Shown here: positions 29,168-41,221 of the stretch, piece by piece | Layout: every line of letters begins with the position of its first letter | Numbering within the stretch: the stretch's first letter is position 1 | Program-made: the position numbers and the translations under genes | The notes under the pieces: model-generated | Database searches by the model: none | Told to the model about the DNA's origin: nothing | Seen by the model: the letters and a program-made list of their open reading frames with translations, nothing else | NCBI RefSeq assembly: GCF_009914755.1 | Contig: NC_060927.1 | Strand: one strand, 5' to 3' | Source: the human T2T-CHM13v2.0 reference genome, Homo sapiens | DNA length: 64,000 bases

Positions 29168-30340
29168 AAAAGAACATTTTCCCTTCTCCTTGGCAGTTAG
29201 AAAAGACTGTCTCCTGTGCTGAAAGGCATTGCATCTTGATTGTATGCTGGTTGGAATAAACACAATTAGATGAGGAAGAAAGGGGGTGATTAGGGAATTA
29301 TGCATAATGGCTGTTAAGTTAACTTTCAAATCTAGTCAAGGATGTGAGCATCTCTTTTGGAAAAGACTGTTCTTGGAAAAGACTACTTTCTGGTTGAAAA
29401 GTCAAGACGAGAAACCAAGAAGATCTTTACAAGTTGTTACAAGACTGCCTGCCTGCTGTAGTGGCAAGGAGCCTGGGCTCACCTGCGTTGTTATCCCTAG
29501 TGATGACATTCCTGAATGGGGTGGCAAAATTCCTCTCAAGACGAGCAGGGCAGGGACCTTGGCCACATATGCACGTGGCAATTCATGGCTATAAACAGTC
29601 ATTGTGTATCTTCCAAGTGCAAGATGCAGGCAAGGATGCTGTGTGATAGAGGAGAGGGAAGGGTAGCATACAAATGGTGAAAAACCCATACTCTTTACAT
29701 CCCTCTAAGAACTAACTACCTGCCAAGTGGGGCAGTGGGGAAGGTGGAGATGCACAAAGAGAGAACTTTGAGTGTAGACTGAGATAGAGTTACAGTGGGA
29801 GTGTAGAGCAGGAGATGTTCACTCCAAAGTTCTGCATTAGAGGGGTCAGTTTGAGCTCAGTTCAATTAAACATGTATTAAGCAACTACTCTGTGCTGAGT
29901 ACCACACTCTGTCCTGGGAGTACAAAGAGGTTGGAGTCTAGTGTGAGAGACAGGCCTGTGGGCAATAATTGTAGTTTCAACAGAATAAGAGAAACACCCA
30001 CTCCAGCCTGAATGGGTTATTAACGAGTTAAGGCTTTCCATAGCCAATGATTTTGAGGCAGAGCTTAAAGGATAAGTAGGAGGTAGCCTGGAAAGTGGGT
30101 ACACGAGAGGAAAGGATATGGAAAGTGAAGGGAAAAACAGAGCAAAATTTAGGAGATGAGAGGCAGCTTTTAGGGTGTTGGGGGGTGAGGCAGGAACTCA
30201 CTAGGGGTGGGGTTAAGAGGGGGTAGGGCCAGGTATAGGGGACTTAGTGTCAAGGTAAGGGGCTGCTCAAAAATTATACCCTGGTGAAAAGCCCTTTTGA
30301 GAATTCGTGGGTTAATTTCATTTAAGTCTGAGGGTATGCC

Positions 30341-30769
30341 TTTATTTATTTATTTATTTATTTATTTTTGTATAAATATACGGAGTCCAAGTATAATTTT
30401 GTTATATACGTAGATTGCGTAGTGGTAAAGTCAGAGCTTTTAGGATATCCATCACCCAAATAACATATATTGTACTCATTAAGTAATTTCTCATCACCCA
30501 GCCCCTTCTCCCTTTCCGGTGTCCATTGTCTAGCACTCCACACTCTGCATCCATGTGTATGCATTATTTATCTTCCACATATAAGTGAGAACATGTGATA
30601 TTTGTCTTTCTGTACTTGACTTGTTTTACTCAAGATCATGGCCTCCAGTTCCATCCATGTTGCTGCAGAAGACATGATTTCATTCTTTTTTATGGCTGAA
30701 TAGTATTCCATTGTTGATATATACCACATTTTCTTTATCCAGTCATCCATTGATGGGCACTTAGGTTGA
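30341..30769 (-). mobile_element. L1MA/L1PB 3' end with (TTTA)n tail
   Basis: Minus strand reads WIKKMWYISTMEYYSAIKKNEIMS (L1 ORF2 C-terminus) followed by 3'UTR. Confidence 0.85.
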
Positions 30770-31353
30770 AGTTATATTTTTAAAATGGATTTGGTATTCC
30801 GTTTTATTATTGGGATTCAGCTAGATTAACAATTTATAATTTATTTTTAAGCCTTAGTGTATAAATTACTTCTTTGAAACTAAAGGCACATCTTTCCCAG
30901 AATCTGACTGACAACCATTATTGAGTACTATTTCCCATTCCAGTTCAGGGGCACAAATCACTGTCACTTATGCCCCTGAGTATACCTTTCCATAGTCATT
31001 CTCAGAACAAGAGTATGAGCATGGAAAGGGAAAAAAATCTTAAGGAAAAAAAATATGTTATGTCTGTGCTACCCCTTATAACTCATTCACTCCTGTACCA
31101 GTGACTAGTTCTACCTTCCACTCAGTTATTCAAGACATGCCCCTGGGGGCCAGGCTTACCACCTGCCTCTCCATCTCCCCCATAGCCAATTACCAAGTCC
31201 TGGCAATTCTTTCCCCCAGCCTGTCTATCTATAGACACTGCCATTGGCCTCGCCTGGGTCACCATCACCTCTTGTCAGAATTTCTGCCTCCTGTTTTCCC
31301 TTCTCTACTCTTGCCTTCTCCAGTTTATCCTCCACAAAGCAGTCAGAGCAATA

Positions 31354-31649
31354 TATATACACATATATTTGAGACAAGATCTCACTCTATTGTCCAGGCT
31401 GGAATGGTGATATCACAGATCACTTCAGCCTGGAACTCCTAGGCTCAGGGGATCCTCCCTCCTCAGCCTCTTGGGTAGCTGGGACTACAGGTGTGCACCA
31501 CCACGCCTGGCAATTTTTTTTGTATTTTTTGTAGAGACAGAGTTTTGCCATGTTACAGAGGCTTGTCTCAAATTCCTAGGTTCAAGCAATCCACCTGCCT
31601 CTGCCTCCCAAAGGGACAGGATTACAGGCATGAGCCACTGCACCTAGTC
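31354..31649 (-). mobile_element. AluJ inserted in an L2 fragment (~31100-32130)
   Basis: AluJ diagnostics; TSD agtcagagcaata at 31341-31353 and 31650-31662. Confidence 0.88.
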
Positions 31650-34600
31650 AGTCAGAGCAATAATTTATAACTGAAAATGAAAAGTGTCTTTATCCTCCTT
31701 GCAGCCCTTCAGTGGCTCTTAGGATGAACAATGGATTCTCCCGTTCAGCACACCAGGGCTCACCACAATCTTGTTCCTGCCTTTTCAGGGTCCATTTCCT
31801 ACTTATCCCCTATGCAAGCCATGCTGGTCTTTTCAATTCCTAATTTGGTTAAATCCTACTCTCTCTCAGATCTCAGCTAAACCTCACTTCTCCTGAGAAA
31901 CCTTCCGTGACTCCCCAGAGAAGATGCGTTTGGCTGTTGACACTTTTCACCTTTGCAATGAATGATGAATTGTGTGATTTAGTGTCTAGTGCTTGTTACC
32001 CCTATAGACTGAGTTCTCAGCATCAGGCCATGCCTGCCTTGTTTACTGCTACACCCCCACCTCCAGAGCTGCTCTAGTGCCTGACACTGTGGCACAATAA
32101 GACTATTAAATAAATGTCCGAATATGTGAATACTTATATACCCACACATGCTTCTCTGCTGCCTGACAAAAACAAAAAGATAAAACCTCCAAAACTGGAA
32201 ATGCTCAAATACCAATTCAGAGCCATCGATAGGTATGAATGACTATCATGCTGTATATCCTGACTATGATTGGTAATTGAGTATTTTAAATATGCCTTGT
32301 AGATGAAGAGAAATTATTCAGGAATAAGATTATAAGGAGTACCTTGATGGGTGCTTGTACTTAGGTAGGGTCCAGGATTTGACTAGAAAGTCAATTTATT
32401 CTTTAACCATTGATGTTCAGATTCTGGGACCTTGTTCATCTTAATGGAATGCACTAGAAACTGACAAATATCCAGAATCTCAAGCCACACATAAATTTAT
32501 AGCGTGTAATGTAATTGTCAGGCACTGCTGATGTCTGCTCAGGAACATGTTTCTCTGCTGCGCAGGATCTGCATGGAAAGTCAGATTGTACTCCCGAGGT
32601 TGGACGACATGGAATCAGGGTCCAGACAGTATGTGGTCTAAACACGTGTATCATGCAATGATGGCTCTAAATGAACTGTCTGAAACAAAATAGTCAGAAA
32701 TTAGAATCTTTAACAATACTTCATATATTAACTATGTTTATCTAGCCTCAAATACTTTTTCAGTCTGGATTACTAAAGTAATTTTGTTAACTCCCTAAAT
32801 TATTTGCTTTTTGATTTGTTAAATTGATTTCTGCATAGCTCCTGAACTTTCGTCGAAATTGCACATATTTTCCCTACAGCTTCAATTTTAATGGTAGAAA
32901 TTGGACTAAATGATGGCACCAGAGCATCACAGAGCAATCAAAGTTATGTTAAAGTGAAGTAAAAGCTTCTCAAATATGAAAGAAATAGGTTTTTAAGTGA
33001 TGAAGGCATAGCCAATTAAGTAAAACTAAGTGTCACTAAAAATAAATTGACATTTTAAAGAAAGCAAAGTAACTTAAAAAGGAAACAAATTGCGTTTAAA
33101 AAATATTTAGAAGTTGTGAAATCGTTTCTGGGGAGTGCAAACACTGTATGTGGGTGAACTAGTAGATGAAAAATATTCCTCTTCAACCAATTTGCTTCAG
33201 AATAACCAATTTTCTTAAAGCTAGAGATAAAAAATGAGATAAAACAAAACTCATGAAAACATTGCCAGACAAGCAGGCCATACTTAAGTGCTCAAAACTA
33301 AATTTAAAAAATTGTAGTCTGAAAAATCTGTTATAAATTCCAACACATTCATAAACGACCACTGGTAGTTCTTTTATATGCAAAAAATTATCATCAAACC
33401 TCAATTTGTTTTCAAAAGGGATTGATGAAAGTTTATGCATTAAAATCCTAAAACTTTACTATACTTCGCACCTAATATATGGGAAACTTTGTGACTACAA
33501 GTATTTACCTTTGACCTTGCATGCTGAAGCTCATAACTCCTTTACAGTACAGAATTGTGAGATCTAATTGTGGCAAGCCAAGTAAAAATATACTCTCCTG
33601 ATTTTTTTTGGTTGAAGTTTCACCGTAAGTAATTCTAGAGAAACGCAGGCTCTTCTAAGAGATGAACATGTAAAGTTCCTTTCAGTGCTGCCTTTCAGTG
33701 TTTGCAAAAGGTAAAAATCCAGCACTACCACAATTTCTTTTTAGGGTTGTGCCTCCAGAATACTTAAAATATGTATATTGCCAGAATATATTATAAAGTG
33801 TTTAAAATCTCCATAATGTTTAGATGAATTCATTTTTTATTTATAAAAAACTTTTTTTCTTCATGATGATGGACAATTACTCCGCCTGTCTTCATTAAGT
33901 GGATATTTGTTAAGCCTCATTTTTATATTCATATATACCTTTCTCTGAACTAGCACAATCACGATGTGGGCTTTGTGATCCTGTCACCAAAGACTTTGAA
34001 AATGTTCATACCTTGCACACTGCAGATATTAAATATCCCAAATGTCAGAGAACTCCCATACCTGTAGTCAATGGAATGATTTGGTTTTACCTCTGTTTGC
34101 TGCAGGGCAATCCGTTTGAGACACAGGAATGAGTTAAACCATCCTTTTAAATAGACCTAGTTCATCTAAACCATTTTCCAGTAAGTGCTTCCAAAATCTG
34201 GAAAGGCTAGTACATCATTAATTAAATGTTTAGTTAATGGTTAATATTGCAGGCAGTGAGTGGGCTCACTTGAGTTTTAGCAGGATCTATAACAGGTGTG
34301 TCTATACTGTAATTCTGATTTAATTGTGGTCACCTGATTTACTGAGCGCCAACTCTTCAGAGATCAAAAGATGATCTCTGGGATACACACATTTTTGTTA
34401 GGCCATCTGCAAGAATGCAAAATGGGTATTAAAGGCTTTCATCCTCCCTGCACGTCAAGGCTTTTACTAAGGGATTTCCATCCTGCCTCTCAAGTGCCCC
34501 TCAGGAAAACTTATTTTCCACCCTTCTTAGCATCCCCTCTCTCTCACCCCTCTATTGCCCAGGGGTCTCTGTTCCAGTGTCTCTAAATATCAAGGAAACT

Positions 34601-35332
34601 GTCTTGAAGCCAAATCACTAGATCTTTAGCCTGGAAGAACCTGAAGTCTCCACTGCTTCCCAAGAGACTCAGATATTAAAGGACTTAGGATGCAAACACT
34701 TTAATTTATTTGTTTGTTTGGTTGGTTGGTTGGTATCGATTGGAGGAGGGAGATGGAAAGAAGCCAGAGGGGGCTCTTGTCCTAGTGGTCAGATATCATG
34801 AGCATCCAACTGGAGACTGACTACCCTGGACTTTGCTTTCAAGATTAGGAAGGGGAGTCCCCGGAGCACAATGAGGCAGGATCCCCATGACTGGTCACCA
34901 TTGCTGTTTGTGTTCTTATGGCAGCGTGACGGATGAGTAATGAGGGCCAAGATACTGCCCAAACTGCTACTACCTAATTTCCTGCCAATATCTTTATGTG
35001 ATTGGGTAGAAGTGGTGAGGGGGTTAAACTGTGCCTGATGGTCTGTGTAACTTGTTTAAAATAATGAACTAAGAAAATGGAAAAAGTAATGGAAGGATAA
35101 TATGGAGATCAAAAAGGATAAGTTGAATTTAGGTAAAGGTGGGACTATGATATTGCCAATGACAGTAATGAAATCCCATGGACTCACAGCAGATTGACCA
35201 TTTCCACCTGAACTGCTGCTTTACAACTGGGATGGGATATAGGGGTGGTTAGGACTCTAGCAGTTGCACATGTTGTCACATGTCTTTCCTTCTGCTAGAA
35301 AGTCATTGTTGCTGTTATCCTTCTTTGACCAG

Positions 35333-35455
35333 GTGTTGGACTGGATTGAAAACCATGGTGAGGCCTTTCTCAGCAAACACACTGGAGTTGGGAAGTCCCT
35401 ACATCGAGCCCGGGCCCTGCAGAAGAGGCATGATGACTTTGAAGAGGTGGCTCAG
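35333..35455 (+). CDS. KALRN: Kalirin internal coding exon (probably exon 10)
   Basis: ttctttgaccag acceptor, CAG|gtgaga donor. 123 nt, VLDWIENHGEAFLSKHTGVGKSLHRARALQKRHDDFEEVAQ. No further kalirin exon is seen before the window end. Confidence 0.96.
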
Positions 35456-35463
35456 GTGAGAAG

Positions 35464-35518
<55 letters not shown>

Positions 35519-35566
35519 TAGATGAGGGAGGCATGATGACTTTGAAGAGGTGGCTCAGGTGAGAAG

Positions 35567-35601
<35 letters not shown>

Positions 35602-35613
35602 TAGATGAGGGAG
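35428..35613 (+). repeat. Tandem duplication (103 + 83 bp) of exon 3' end, splice donor and (TG)26/(TG)16 microsatellite
   Basis: gcatgatgactttgaagaggtggctcaggtgagaagc(tg)n tctagatgagggag occurs at 35428-35530 and 35531-35613, identical except for TG count. Confidence 0.95.
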
Positions 35614-36925
35614 ACCAGGGCTGTGGCTTTGGTGTTTGGTGAGGCATGCTGGGTTGATAACCTGTGGCTGCTGGGCTGCCTTCCTGCCTGATGCAAGGAG
35701 TCCTTTGTCTTCTTTTGGATTCTAGGTGAGTGGTAAAATAGATGCCCACATTTATGGTCTTTGAAAAAGATCTTCCTGCTGGTGTGATCTAAAAATGCCT
35801 TGTCCACGAGGTGGTGCTGGCAGGAGGGAATGACATTATTAGATTCCTCATCACCCCAGGGCTACTGCTTATGATTGTCACTGCCAGTGAGTGAGAGCTA
35901 AAAATCAGTCCCAGCTCTATTTACAAAGCCACATACCTTCCAGGACCTGGAGAAATAGGTGGCACCTGCTCACCAGCCATGCGCTCACAGGGTTGAATGT
36001 GCCCAGAGAACCTGCCTTCGTGTGATTTGTACAATATTTAAACTGCCATTTATATAATGTTCAGTCTTTTAGCTGAGCTGCACACCTGATCCAAAAAGGG
36101 CACTGTTTTTGAATTTATACAAAGATGTTGTATGACAGGCCCTGACCATTTGTCTAATAGTATAATTGTTTTAAAGTGTTTTTGTTCAGAGCCTCCACCT
36201 CAAAAATGTTATCCTAACTCTGTTATATTTCTGCATTGGGGAGTTTTCCAAACGGGTCCTGAAAATTTTCATTTTCGAGATGAAATACTGCTCTCCAGTT
36301 ATTTTATCAGGCGTGATTAGCTGCCATGTAAAACAAAATAATGAGGAGTAAGGCAGGGAGGGTGCCCATATGGGACAGAGAGGTGGGTGCTGCTGAAGGA
36401 GTGAGAATGACAGAGCTAGGTTTTGCCATATCACTGCTTTAGCCAGAGCTGACTTCGATCCCACCAGGCAGACAGCCCTCAATGTGGGCCCTACTTTGGG
36501 CATTGTACAGAGCCCTGGGCCTCACCCAGGGAGGCTCCCAGCCCCAGACAGACTATGTGCTATGGATGCAAAAAGAGATGGCATGTCAACAACCAAGCAA
36601 GAACAGGAAAGTCATGGAGCATTACTGCATCTCTAGGGGAGCTGCAAGCATATGCTGAAAAATGAGAGGCCTCATAGGAGGCAGAAAGACCATGTCAGTG
36701 GCGACCTGAGCCCAGGGAATATGGGTGGATTGGACCCAACCTGTGGGATAAAGAAAGCCTCATATAGAACCCTTGTGCACTGTTGATGAGAATGTAAAAT
36801 GGTGCAGCCACTGTGGAAAACAATGTGGAGGGTCCTCAAAAATTAAAAATAGAAGTACCATAGATCCAGCAATTCCACTTCAGGCTGTCTCCCTAACATA
36901 ATTGAAAGCAGGGACTCAAACAGAT

Positions 36926-37386
<461 letters not shown>

Positions 37387-37544
37387 TGAAGACATTATAC
37401 TAAGTGAAATAAGCCAGTCACAAAAAGGACAAATATTTTATGATTCTACTTATACCTAGAGTAGTGAAATTCATGGAGATGGAAAGTAGAATGGTGGTTG
37501 TCAGAGGCTGGGGGAAGGGAGGAATGGGGAGCTATTGTTTAATG

Positions 37545-37752
37545 CAAGCTTATCCAGCCCATTGCCCACGGGCTGTATGTGGCCCATGATGGCTTTGAAT
37601 ACGGCCCAACACAAATTGGTAAACTTTCTTAAAACATTATGATTTTTTTTGCAATTTTTTTTTAGCTCATCAGCTATCATTAGTATATTTTATGTGTGGC
37701 CCAAGACTTCTTCCAATGTGGCCCAGGGAAGCCAAAAGATTGGACACCCCTG
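37545..37752. mobile_element. MER30 hAT-Charlie MITE
   Basis: caagcttatccagccc...gggaagccaaaagattggacacccctg termini; 8-bp TSD gtttaatg / gtttaatt. Confidence 0.85.
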
Positions 37753-40700
37753 GTTTAATTGATAACAGAGTTTCAGTTTTGCAAGATGAAGAGTTCTAGA
37801 GATGGATGATGGTGATGCTTGCACCACAACACTGTGAATGTACTTAATACCACTAAATTATACACTTTAAAATGGTTATAATTGTAAGTGTTATATTGTG
37901 TATATTTTACCACAATAAAAAAAAAAGAAAGCCTCATAGCCAATGAGGACCTTCTGCAGAATGAGGTGGACTTTGCCAATGTAATAGACACAGGTCCCAA
38001 TGCACCTTATGATGGACAAGATGCAGCACAGATCCACAATATCTGGTCCTGGGTCATTCCTTTCTAGGCTGTTAGGGGGCAAAGGATGGGAGAGGGCCAC
38101 AGGTATCCCCTGACTGCTGAGAGTGGAGGTTGTAGTACGTGGGGTGGTCTGTTGGAATAGGGCCATCCCATAGCTTTGGGGCTTCTGCCTGTGGGCTGTC
38201 CTATGCCTCAGCATTCCTCACTTAGAAAGGACGTCCCCAAAGCCACCCATAGCCCTGACCCAGCTCAATCTTCCTTGCCCTCTGCCTGATATAGCCTCAG
38301 AGGCAATGCCAACCTTGGTTATAGGCCCATGTTTTGGTTATAGGCCGCAGTTTTTGCATTTTGTTACAACCATTCAAGACCCATGGCCATCCCAGTCCCA
38401 TTTTTCCCAACTGTTCCTCCACCTTCTCACTGATGCCTGATATTCCTTTCACATGGGACAATGCCTTTCCATCAGCGGCAAAGACACATGAATTTAAATT
38501 CACGCTAAAGAAAGAATGGACACATTTTTGAGAGCTTATGTTTCCATTATATATCTTGTCTTATACCAATCCTGAATGATAGGTAGTATTTGCCTTGTTT
38601 TATAGAAGACAACACTGAGGCTTAGAAAGTTCTTCCATGTGCCCAAGTCATCCAGCTTGTCAGGGGCTCTGCTGAGATTCAAACCCAGGTCTGTTGGATT
38701 CCACAGTCATGTTCTTATCCTAATTCCATGCTGTCCCTCCTTATTGAGGTATAGGAAGTGGGCATAAAATTCATTTCTAGGTGCCCATTTGCTTATGGGA
38801 AGTGTGGGACAAAGAGAAAGGGAGTGAGGGTGGGGGATGTTGCCACCCTTATTGACATCCATTACAACTTTCCTCTGGCCCTTCCAATGAGTAATCCACT
38901 GGCATAATCCACATCTCCCTGACTCTGCTTTCTGATAAGACTGTATTTTTTTTGAAAGAGAAGACAGAGTTCTAACTTCCAAAAGGCTCATGCTTTTAGG
39001 AGGAATGTTTGCTCTGAAAAGGAGAAAAGCAGATGTGAGCTACAAAGGGAGCACTTTACCTGGGGTTTGTGAGCCATCCCATTACCCTGAAATTAGCCTC
39101 CAGAGCTGGATCTTGTAGTTGGGGAATTAATCCTGCCTTATTCCTTCATCACCACTCTGGGAGATTGAGTGGCCCAGCATCCTGGGATTGTTAGTCCACA
39201 TAGGAAAACCAATGCTGACCACAGTGAAGGCAGGTTGACTGTCAGTAGCAGCCTGTCTGAGACCTGCTTTGTTCTGTACAACGTGATTGCCATGTTTAGG
39301 TGGTGAAAAAGGGGTAAACTAGGAAGGAAAGGGTTCTTCTTTCTCTCTTGTTTCTGCTCTCAATTAGATGATGGCCACTGGGAGAAGAGGAGTGGATTTA
39401 ATCAGGAACTGAAAAGTTCTCGAGTAAGAAGATCAATGACAGAAAGCCAAAGCATGGACACTCTTGTTCTTTGTTTGGGTTGCTGTTTATGAGATGTGTT
39501 CAGGAAGGCTATATATGCTGTGGGGTAGGAGCCTGGGGTAACTTATAAGCAATACTCTAAAGGATCATGATTCTGTGAAGGGACCTCTTTTAGCCTTATC
39601 ATTTAGGATTCCTTTACCTGAGGCTGATAATGAGAAAGGAATTCTGAGCACCCATTCTCTGTATTTAGGTTCAAAAAATTGTCTTGAATCAAAGCAGAAA
39701 GACAGCTATTACATCTGTCACAGCTCCTGGAAATTTGTCCTTCTGCAAGGAAAAGCAAGCCCTCAACAGAGGGAATGGCTACCCACGGGGAGGGGTTAGG
39801 CAGTGTAAAGCCCCTGAACAAATACATTTCCACCCTAGGGATAGTGGAGGCATCTGTGATTCTTACCAGTGGTCAGTCTTTGTAGTAAAGACATTTAGGG
39901 CAGCTATTAAAATAGATGTAAATGATATCTTTGAAGAATTTATGTGGCAATCCATTATCCTTCATTAAACTTTAACTTTTGTGTTTAATAGCTCTTGAAC
40001 AAATTTTAAACAAATTCTTCAAATGCCATTTGAAGATGAATTAAATATTTGAGTCCTCAGTTCATCCTGCAGATGGCACTCTTTGAATGGCTGACATAGA
40101 AGCTGAGCTGACTGGGGAAAGGCTTTGCAGTCATGACAGCCTCCCTAGAGAGGAATCCAACATTCAGAGTGAAGGCCCAGGAAGGGATACACCAGGGAAT
40201 CTGTGTCTACAGTTTTCTAGTCTAAGCTGCTGAGGTTGTGCGTGCTCAAATAGAAGTCCCGGGCACTGGCGGGAACCTCTCCTGGTCCTTAGTCAACTAA
40301 TGGACTCAGTTTGCCTATAATCTCCCCAAATGGCTAAGGCCACCGAGTAGTTTTTAAGAGACACATATTTTAAGAGACATTAGGTGTCATCAAGAATATA
40401 AACAAGTGTAAGATGGAGTTCCTGCCCATAATAGGATGGCTGTCAGGGGATAGATGTTTCCATGTCTGCCCAGGTGGTGGAATAGAATGTAGTACTGTTA
40501 TATTGTCCTGAGATATTTGCTATTATGAGGTAGGCGAGTATTCAAGTGCCTGTGGTTTACATAACAGCTGTGCCTACTCTGTTAGTGTTCTGCTTTATGG
40601 CCTCATTATCTGAAATGCCAGATTTTCTGTACGCTAATTTAGTCAAAAATTAGCAAGCGTTTATGTTCAAATATATATTATCTAAAGCCTCAGAGCACCA

Positions 40701-40919
40701 AATCACATTTAAGCAGCTAGACATATTAAGTAGCATTAATGTAACATTTTTGAAAGAGCAGACAATTTAAAGAAAGACTTAAAGAAATAGAAAAACATGG
40801 GCACAATTAAGTACTTTATTCAGTAATCTCTGGTTACTTGTTTCTCTATCCAACCCTTGTGGTTTTTTTGTTTTGTTTTTTTTTTTATCAAACTTGAACA
40901 CACTTTAAAAAAATCATTC

Positions 40920-41221
40920 TGAAACTGGAAACCATCATTCTCAGCAAAGTAACACAAGAAGAGAAAACCAAACACCGCATGTTCTCACTCATAAGTGGGA
41001 ATTGAACAATGAGAACACATGGACACAGGGAGGGGAACATCACACACTGGGGCCTGTTGTGGGGTAGGGGGCTGAGGGAGGGATAGCATTAGGAGAAATA
41101 CCTAATATAAATGACGGGTTGGTGGGTGCAGCAAACCAACATGGCACATGTATACCTATGTAACAAACCTGCACGTTGTGCACACGTACCCCAGAACTGA
41201 AAGTATAACAATAAAAAATAA
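40920..41221 (+). mobile_element. 5'-truncated L1PA (PA7/8-like) 3' end
   Basis: ctggaaaccatcattctcagcaaa...ggatagcattaggagaaatacctaat...aagtataacaataaaaa. Confidence 0.92.

Noticed and set aside
35800-35821. Split REST/NRSE-like motif (ttgtcc...ggtgctgg)
   Set aside because: Both half-sites are mismatched and the spacing is non-canonical; too weak to call.
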